From Treponema primitia ZAS-1 (GTDB taxonomy: Bacteria; Spirochaetota; Spirochaetia; Treponematales; Breznakiellaceae), in NCBI RefSeq assembly GCF_000297095.1, contig NZ_AEEA01000039.1, positions 1 through 28,796 on the forward strand: 28,796 bases of DNA, read 5' to 3'. Each line of letters starts with the position of its first letter. Positions within the stretch are counted from its first letter, which is position 1. Shown here piece after piece: positions 22,737 through 28,796 of the stretch. The notes beneath the pieces were generated by a model, which was not told where the DNA came from, ran no database searches, and was given only the letters and a program-made list of their open reading frames with translations. A program made the position numbers and the translations under genes.

Positions 22737-24146
22737 ATGTTTGTGGGAAGAAAACGGGAACTGGAAGCTCTGGAAAAGCAATATGCCGGGAACGATTTTG
22801 AATTTGCGGTCATATACGGACGCCGGAGGGTGGGAAAAACATCCCTCATAGTTGAATTTATTAAGGATAAGCCGGCGGTATTTTTTACCGGCCGGGAAAC
22901 CAACCTGGCGGAAAATCTGGTGCTGCTCAGTGGGAGTATTCAGGCCTCCCGGTTTGGGGTAGAAAAGGCGCCGGTTTATCAGTCTATCGACGATGCCCTG
23001 GACCGGGTCTTCAGCGCCGCTGATGGCAAGCGGCTTATCTTTGTGATTGACGAGTACCCCTACCTGGCAGGGGCTTGGCGGGGAATATCTTCGACCCTCC
23101 AGGAAAAGATCGATCACCGTTCAAAAAAATGCAGGCTTTTTTTAATCCTCTGCGGATCATCCCTTTCCTTTATGGAAAACCAGGTGCTGGGGTACCAAAG
23201 TCCTCTGTACGGAAGACGAACCGCTCAGTATAAGATTGAGCCCTTTGATTTTTTTGAGGCCGGAGAATTTTTTCCCAACCTAAACAGCCAGGACAGCGCC
23301 GCTATCTATGCCATGGCCGGGGGTATTCCCTCATACCTGAACCGGTTTATCGGCTCTGCACCCCTCAAAGAAAAGGTGATCGCCAACTTCCTTAGTCCCC
23401 AGGGTTTTCTTTTTGAGGAGCCGGAAAATCTCCTGAAACAGGAACTGCGGGATCCGGCGAACTACAACGCCCTTATTCGGGAGATTGCCCGTGGAGCAAC
23501 CCGGGTTTCGGAGATCGCCTCTAAAACAGGTCTGGAAACCGGCGTAGCAAGCCACTACCTTGATACCCTCATACAGCTGGGAATTGTTGAACGGGAAATG
23601 CCCGTCACCGAGGAGGTTCAGGGAAAAACCCGCGGCAGGAAATCGCTCTACACGGTTAAGGATAATCTTTTCTGTTTTTGGTACCGATTTATCCCCGGCA
23701 TTATTGATATTATTCAGCATAACAACACGGAGAAAGCCTGGGACTTTATTGCCGAAGGGTTCAGCGCCTACATGGGCAGGGTATTTGAAGAAATTTGCCG
23801 ACAGTATCTCTGGCGGGAAAACACTGCAGGCAGACTACCCTTCTTTTTTCAGCAGGAGGGCCGCTGGTGGGGACATGATCCATTGCAGAAAATGGAATCC
23901 AAAATCGACATCCTGGCAATTCAGGGCAAGACCCATGCGCTGTTCTGCGAATGCAAGTGGAGAAACGAAGGAACCGGCAGGGACGTCCTTGAAGCCCTGT
24001 TACAAAAAGCGGATCATTTCCGGTTTGAACAGAAATACTACATCCTTTTTTCAAAGAGCCCCTTTACCGTGGGATGCAAAAAACTAGCCGCAGAGAGGGG
24101 GGGTGTCAGGCTGCTTAGCTTTAGGGAGATGAACGTAAACCGCTGA
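22737..24146 (+). CDS. P-loop ATPase (archaeal-ATPase/DUF234 family) with internal winged-helix and C-terminal PD-(D/E)xK-like module
   Basis: Walker A IYGRRRVGKTS, Walker B LIFVIDEYPYL, and wHTH-like REIARGATRVSEIASKTGLETGVASHYLDTLIQLGIVE. The C-terminal IDILAI...LFCECKW fits a D...ExK nuclease core. GGAGG lies 6 nt before the ATG. Confidence 0.75.
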   Translation: MFVGRKRELEALEKQYAGNDFEFAVIYGRRRVGKTSLIVEFIKDKPAVFFTGRETNLAENLVLLSGSIQASRFGVEKAPVYQSIDDALDRVFSAADGKRLIFVIDEYPYLAGAWRGISSTLQEKIDHRSKKCRLFLILCGSSLSFMENQVLGYQSPLYGRRTAQYKIEPFDFFEAGEFFPNLNSQDSAAIYAMAGGIPSYLNRFIGSAPLKEKVIANFLSPQGFLFEEPENLLKQELRDPANYNALIREIARGATRVSEIASKTGLETGVASHYLDTLIQLGIVEREMPVTEEVQGKTRGRKSLYTVKDNLFCFWYRFIPGIIDIIQHNNTEKAWDFIAEGFSAYMGRVFEEICRQYLWRENTAGRLPFFFQQEGRWWGHDPLQKMESKIDILAIQGKTHALFCECKWRNEGTGRDVLEALLQKADHFRFEQKYYILFSKSPFTVGCKKLAAERGGVRLLSFREMNVNR

Positions 24147-24160
24147 CAGTATTATTGTCC

Positions 24161-24787
24161 CTACAATTTCTCAAAATCCGCAGCGCCATGTTTGCATATG
24201 GGGCACACAAAATCCGGCGGGAGTACATCCCCTTCGTACACATATCCGCAAATTTTGCATATATACCCTTTCTTTTTGGAAGATTCTACCGGAGGCTTGG
24301 GTTTAATGTGATCAAAATAATACTGGTATGTTACGGACTGCACGGCGTTCAACACCGCCGCTTCGGTGACATCGGCAATAACCAAAGTGTGGGTATCGTA
24401 GTCGCTTGTGCTGATAATTTTACCGGAAATATAGCTATTGGCATAGCGGGGTTCATACAGTATGCCGTTAGGGCTGCGCTTTTTTTCCTGCGCACCGGCA
24501 AACTTATCAACGGTCCGGCCGCTCTGAAAGCCAAACTGCTGAAAAACAGAAAATGGTGTTTCAACACCTAAAACAGAAACATTAAAAATACCGGTTTTAA
24601 GTATCATGTCGTGGGTAAAATTGTTTTTGTTGACCGTAAGGGATATGCGTTTGGGTATATCCGTCATCTGGGAAACGGTGTTGATAATACAGCCGTTATC
24701 CTTATCGCCGTCCTTTGCCGTTAGAATGAAAAGTCCATAACTCAGCTTAAAAAATGCAGCATTATCAATACCGGTTAAATCAGACAT
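24161..24787 (-). CDS. Flavin reductase-like (FMN-binding split-barrel) protein fused to a C-terminal rubredoxin
   Basis: The C-terminus YICKICGYVYEGD...FVCPICKHG contains the two CxxC rubredoxin knuckles. The N-terminal ~160 aa resemble the flavin reductase domain (GLFILTAKDGDKDNGCIINTV). Confidence 0.8.
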   Translation of the reverse strand: MSDLTGIDNAAFFKLSYGLFILTAKDGDKDNGCIINTVSQMTDIPKRISLTVNKNNFTHDMILKTGIFNVSVLGVETPFSVFQQFGFQSGRTVDKFAGAQEKKRSPNGILYEPRYANSYISGKIISTSDYDTHTLVIADVTEAAVLNAVQSVTYQYYFDHIKPKPPVESSKKKGYICKICGYVYEGDVLPPDFVCPICKHGAADFEKL

Positions 24788-24796
24788 ACCTGCTCC

Positions 24797-24813
24797 TTTG
24801 TAAAATCTACAAA
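24797..24813. promoter_or_regulatory. Candidate operator palindrome TTTGTA-N5-TACAAA
   Basis: Perfect 6-bp arms located 10 nt upstream of the flavin reductase-rubredoxin start, in a divergent intergenic region. Confidence 0.35.
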
Positions 24814-24876
24814 ATTTCTAATATCTATTATAGTATAGCATAAAAAAATGAGTTGGCTAGTTTTTTTTGATAAATT

Positions 24877-24890
24877 TTTGTAAAATTTAC
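24877..24890. promoter_or_regulatory. Second, imperfect copy of the TTTGTAAAAT-TAC motif
   Basis: TTTGTAAAATTTAC shares TTTGTAAAAT and TAC with the site at 24797, 80 bp away. Confidence 0.3.
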
Positions 24891-24951
24891 CTGAGGGTAT
24901 CCAAATTTGACTTTATTCACCGCTTCTCCGTACATTTAATGACGTAGCGCT

Positions 24952-26211
24952 ATGTATAAAAATTGGAAAAGAAATACCGTCCTGTTTTTAACCGGACAGG
25001 CCATCTCCCTTTTCGGTTCAGCCCTGGTCCATTACGCAATCGTCTGGTATATCACCCTCCATACCCGGTCAGGGGCAATGATGACCGTTGCGATCATCTG
25101 CGGCAGCTTACCGACTTTTTTTATATCCCCCTTCGGCGGGGTGTGGGCGGATCGGTATAACCGTAAACTCCTCATCAACATTGCCGACGGGATCATCGCG
25201 TTAAGTACCCTTGCTATGGCGTTGTTTTTTATTCTGCACGGCAAAATCGATCTTATCTGGCTTTTGTTTCTGAACCTCGGTATCCGGGCCCTGGGAACCG
25301 GTGTGCAGACACCGGCGGTAAACGCCCTCATCCCCCAGCTGGTACCGGATGAACACCTGACCCGGGTGAACGGTATCAATAGTTCCGTCAATTCCCTGTC
25401 TTCCCTGCTGGCCCCCATGCTCAGCGGGGCACTCCTCAGCTTTTCACGGATAGAGTATATCTTTTTTATTGATGTGGCCACCGCCGTCATCGGTATCAAT
25501 ATTGTGTTTATTTTTGTCCATATTCCCGGTGAAACACAATCGCTGTGGAAAAAAGCAGCCGGTACAAATTCCCGGTCATATTTTGAGGATCTTAAAAAAG
25601 GCTGCCGTTATATGTTGGATCATGGGTTTATCAAAAGGATGTTCATCTTTTCTGTTTTCTTTTTCCTGCTGATTACCCCGGGTGTTTTCTTAACGCCCCT
25701 TCAGATAGCCCGGAAATTCGGCGGCGAAGTATGGCGGCTTTCGGTAATGGAAATACTGTTTTCGGCGGGTATGATCCTGGGCGGCCTTTTAATTAGTGTT
25801 TGGGGCGGTTTTAAAAACCGTGTCCGGACCATGGCATTTGCCTGTTTCCTTTTTGGCTGCGGTGACATCTGTCTGGGACTCGTCCCCCATTACGGAATCT
25901 ACATCATGGTGATGGCCTTCTCCGGTATGATCGTACCCTTTTTCAACACCCCCTTCACCGTTTTATTACAGGAAAAAGTGGAAAGTCAATTTATGGGCCG
26001 GGTGTTCAGTTTCCAAAATATGATTTCCAGCATCATGATGCCCCTGGGGATGATCGTCTTTGGCCCCCTGGGTGACGTGATCCCCATCAGCCGGATTCTG
26101 GTTTTCTGCGGTTCAGGAACGATTATCCTTGGCGGCTTCTTTATAGGTAATCGGGTCTTGCGGGAAGGGGGGGAGCAGTTTGAGCTGGAGCGTATTGAAA
26201 ATGCGGATTGA
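24952..26211 (+). CDS. MFS transporter (efflux-type, 12 TM)
   Basis: 419 aa and hydrophobic. The GGVWADRYNRK loop between TM2 and TM3 is typical of MFS proteins. Confidence 0.8.
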   Translation: MYKNWKRNTVLFLTGQAISLFGSALVHYAIVWYITLHTRSGAMMTVAIICGSLPTFFISPFGGVWADRYNRKLLINIADGIIALSTLAMALFFILHGKIDLIWLLFLNLGIRALGTGVQTPAVNALIPQLVPDEHLTRVNGINSSVNSLSSLLAPMLSGALLSFSRIEYIFFIDVATAVIGINIVFIFVHIPGETQSLWKKAAGTNSRSYFEDLKKGCRYMLDHGFIKRMFIFSVFFFLLITPGVFLTPLQIARKFGGEVWRLSVMEILFSAGMILGGLLISVWGGFKNRVRTMAFACFLFGCGDICLGLVPHYGIYIMVMAFSGMIVPFFNTPFTVLLQEKVESQFMGRVFSFQNMISSIMMPLGMIVFGPLGDVIPISRILVFCGSGTIILGGFFIGNRVLREGGEQFELERIENAD

Positions 26212-26254
26212 CAGTACCGTGTATTAGGGTTTAAATTGATAAAATAATAACGAT

Positions 26255-28183
26255 ATGAGCAGCCAAAAAATAGTATTCAAAATTGAAGGCGGAGCTACCG
26301 TTTCCGCCCTTGCCCCTGAGGGGGAAACCCTCCTCGAAACTGCCCGGAAAGCCGGGGTTGATATAGACGCCCCCTGTTCGGGGAACGGGACCTGCGGAAA
26401 ATGCCGGGTTAAGGTGCTTGAAGGAACCGTGCTTGGGGAGGCGCCCCGGCAAATAAGCCCGGAGGACTATGCGGCTGGCTGGCGGCTGGCCTGCGGTATC
26501 AAAGCCGCGTCGAACCTTAGTGTAGAGGTTCCTCTTTCCGCCGGGGCTTTTAAAAACCGTATCAAGGTGACGACCCTCAGCGAAGGACGGGAACGGGCCG
26601 CCTTTGACGCCCTGGGCAAGGATTTGGACGAGTTGGGTTATCGTGGAGATAGCGGCTTGGAAACAACAGCCATCACCCTGACACTCCCTGCCCTGGACGA
26701 CGCCATGGCTGACCGTGAACGGCTTTTGGCTAAGTACGCCGAAGAGACCGGCCGGGAAGCCGGGATCGGCATTTTTGCCCTGCGGAAGCTTCCCGGTATC
26801 CTGCGGGAATCAGATTTTTCTATTATATGTGTTGCCCGGAAAGGCCCGGATAGGGACCTGATCCTGGATATACTCCCTGCCGCGGCCGGGGCTCAGGCGG
26901 TTCTGCCGGGGCTGGCGGTAGATATCGGGACCACCACGGTGGCCATGGTGCTTACGGACCTCCGCACGGGGAAGCTCTTGGCAGGGGGGTCCGGGGGGAA
27001 TGGGCAGATCCGCTTTGGGGCGGATGTGATCAGCCGGATCATCGAAAGTACCCGGCCTGGCGGTCTGGATAGACTGCGGAAGGCGGTGATTGAGGAGACC
27101 ATGCTCCCCCTGATCCGCGAGATTTGTACTAAAGCGGGAATCGAGCCTGCGGGTATATACCGGGCGGCGGTGGCTGCCAATACTACCATGACCCAGCTCT
27201 TTACCGGGGTTTACGCGGACTTCCTCCGTCTGGAGCCCTATGTGCCGGCCTTCTTCCACGGCGATGGCTTCCGGAGCAGCGACCTGGGTTTGAACCTCAA
27301 CCCCGATGCCGAAGTGATACTGGCCCCCAGCATAGGCAGCTATGTGGGGGGGGACATTAGCGCCGGGGTCTTTTCATCGGGAATATACAAAAAGGATAGT
27401 TTTTCTCTTTTCATAGATTTGGGAACCAACGGGGAACTGGTTTTTGGCAATTCGGAACTGCTCATGTCCTGCGCCTGTTCCGCCGGGCCTGCCTTTGAGG
27501 GCGGGGACATCAGCTGCGGTATGCGGGCCACCGACGGGGCGATAGAGGCATGCTCTATCGACGCCGAAACCATGGAGCCATCCCTTACCATTATCGGAGG
27601 GGTGGATCAGAAGGCTGCGGGGCTCTGCGGGTCCGGGCTTATCGATACCATTGGGGAGCTTTTCCGCTGCGGGATCATCAATGCCAAGGGGAAATTTATC
27701 CGGGAAGGCAAGCGGATTGGGCATGATGAGTACGGCGCGGCTAATTATATCCTGGCTTTTGCCGAAAATAGTGTTAGCGGACAGGATATTGCGTTAAACG
27801 AGACGGATATCGACAGTTTTATCCGGGCCAAGGGGGCAATTTTCTCCGCCATCAGGACCATGTTGGCGATCATGGACTTTTCCCCGGACGATATTGAGGA
27901 AGTTTATGTGGCCGGGGGTATTGGGAGCGGGATCAACGTAGAAAAAGCCATCCGTATTGGGATGTTCCCTAAAATTTCCCTGGAAAAATACCATTATATC
28001 GGTAATACCAGTCTGACCGGGGCCTACGCCATGGTTAATTCCTCCGGCGCCGCATCCAAGGTTATGGAAATCAGCGGGGGGATGACCTACCTGGAATTAT
28101 CGTCCCATCCGGGGTATATGGACGAATTTGTGGCAGCCTGTTTCCTGCCCCATACCAACGGAGCCCTCTTTGAAGACCGATAA
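26255..28183 (+). CDS. RACo-type corrinoid activation/regeneration protein (2Fe-2S ferredoxin domain + ASKHA ATPase)
   Basis: N-terminal plant-type ferredoxin motif CSGNGTCGKCRV...LACG. The ~640-aa length and ASKHA-like motifs (AVDIGTTTV, DLGTNGE, AGGIGS) match reductive activators of corrinoid proteins. Confidence 0.8.
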   Translation: MSSQKIVFKIEGGATVSALAPEGETLLETARKAGVDIDAPCSGNGTCGKCRVKVLEGTVLGEAPRQISPEDYAAGWRLACGIKAASNLSVEVPLSAGAFKNRIKVTTLSEGRERAAFDALGKDLDELGYRGDSGLETTAITLTLPALDDAMADRERLLAKYAEETGREAGIGIFALRKLPGILRESDFSIICVARKGPDRDLILDILPAAAGAQAVLPGLAVDIGTTTVAMVLTDLRTGKLLAGGSGGNGQIRFGADVISRIIESTRPGGLDRLRKAVIEETMLPLIREICTKAGIEPAGIYRAAVAANTTMTQLFTGVYADFLRLEPYVPAFFHGDGFRSSDLGLNLNPDAEVILAPSIGSYVGGDISAGVFSSGIYKKDSFSLFIDLGTNGELVFGNSELLMSCACSAGPAFEGGDISCGMRATDGAIEACSIDAETMEPSLTIIGGVDQKAAGLCGSGLIDTIGELFRCGIINAKGKFIREGKRIGHDEYGAANYILAFAENSVSGQDIALNETDIDSFIRAKGAIFSAIRTMLAIMDFSPDDIEEVYVAGGIGSGINVEKAIRIGMFPKISLEKYHYIGNTSLTGAYAMVNSSGAASKVMEISGGMTYLELSSHPGYMDEFVAACFLPHTNGALFEDR

Positions 28184-28796
28184 CGCGGAGGCGCCGGTAA
28201 AAAATCAGCAGTGCGATGTTCCGTTAGCCCATTATCAGGGGCTCTATGAAAGCTTGGATCCCCGGGCGGTTGCGGAACGGTGCGGCCTATTATTTGAGGA
28301 AACCCAGGCAGGGGGAGGCTTTTTCCTGCTGCGCCTTATGGGGACCGAATACCGGGCGGCATTTCCGGTTTTTGAACTACGCAGTCTCCAAGGGGACGAT
28401 GTTCGGGATCCCTATGAAAAGATACTCCTTATCCGGTATCTCTGCGAAGGAAAGTTCTTTGAAAGCCGGGGGAAAAGGCTTTCTTATAACGAAATCCCCT
28501 GGGGCGAGACCTATTACCGCAACTTCGAAGGGCGTTGTCTTAAGCGGGCAGCCCATAGCTTCGGAAACGATCTGGCGGCGTTCAGGTGGATGGTGGAGGG
28601 TCTTCCCGGACTCTGTTTTGAAGCCCTGGATACGGGGGACGCGGGTTACCGTTTTGAGTTTCTAAACGGGCTTTTCATAAGCCTTTTAATTTGGGCCGGA
28701 GATGAGGAGTTTCCGCCATCGGCTCAGATGCTTTTTGACGATAATTTTATCTTTGCCTTTACCGCTGAGGATCTGGCGGTGGTAGGTGAAGTTGTT
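28170..28796 (+). CDS. DUF3786-like protein (partial, runs off the window); start uncertain
   Basis: Frame 3 is open from 28086 to the window end and reads ...YESLDPRAVAERCGLLFEE...RLMGTEYRAAFPVFEL...EIPWGETYYRNFEGRC..., which is typical of DUF3786 proteins found next to corrinoid activators. There is no in-frame ATG or GTG; TTG at 28170 is the nearest candidate and overlaps the upstream stop. Confidence 0.55.
   Translation, partial: MKTDNAEAPVKNQQCDVPLAHYQGLYESLDPRAVAERCGLLFEETQAGGGFFLLRLMGTEYRAAFPVFELRSLQGDDVRDPYEKILLIRYLCEGKFFESRGKRLSYNEIPWGETYYRNFEGRCLKRAAHSFGNDLAAFRWMVEGLPGLCFEALDTGDAGYRFEFLNGLFISLLIWAGDEEFPPSAQMLFDDNFIFAFTAEDLAVVGEVV

Noticed and set aside
28246-28665. Frame-1 ORF of 139 aa at the right end.
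   Set aside because: Its translation is W/R/G-rich and unlike any protein family I recognise. Frame 3 over the same DNA gives a clean DUF3786-like sequence that continues to the window edge.
1-28796. CRISPR arrays, rRNA genes, IS elements, integrases, prophage genes and toxin-antitoxin pairs.
   Set aside because: I saw no regularly spaced direct repeats and no transposase, recombinase or phage-structural motifs in any of the translated ORFs. The only RNA gene found is tRNA-Sec.

Overview
The window looks like chromosomal DNA from an anaerobic H2/CO2-utilising acetogen. Gene content and a roughly 50% GC impression fit a termite-gut Treponema primitia-like spirochaete, but I cannot verify taxonomy here. 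All calls rest on motif recognition in the supplied translations and on reading the DNA by eye; no searches were run.

Gene layout:
- 208-6799 (+): formate transporter, Cys-type FdhF formate dehydrogenase, two HycB-like polyferredoxins flanking a small Cys-rich ORF, an [FeFe]-hydrogenase and MobA. Together this is an HDCR / formate-hydrogen-lyase-like module.
- 6841-8793 (-): a single-subunit 2-hydroxyacyl-CoA-dehydratase / double-cubane-type protein translationally coupled to its ATP-dependent activase.
- 8940-15889: a complete selenocysteine island, with selA-selB on + and tRNA-Sec, DUF3343, selD, yedF and a class-V desulfurase on -.
- 16095-17264 (+): an NCS1/CytX-like permease.
- 17489-19681 (+): a second FdhF read through an in-frame UGA (17921-17923) that is followed by a SECIS-like hairpin. 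This is the selenocysteine paralog, not two genes or a pseudogene.
- 19741-24146 (+): three uncharacterised genes. They encode a MoxR-like AAA+ ATPase, an HExxH-metallopeptidase/vWA fusion, and a P-loop ATPase-wHTH-PD-(D/E)xK-like protein preceded by a 62-bp imperfect palindrome. This block is my best candidate for an undescribed system.
- Right end: a flavin reductase-rubredoxin fusion (-), an MFS transporter, a RACo-type corrinoid activator and a partial DUF3786 gene.

One further oddity: a perfectly identical, codon-aligned 33-bp segment encoding GAGNSPTKVGV sits inside both selA and the desulfurase gene.

I saw no CRISPR array, rRNA, transposase or integrase.
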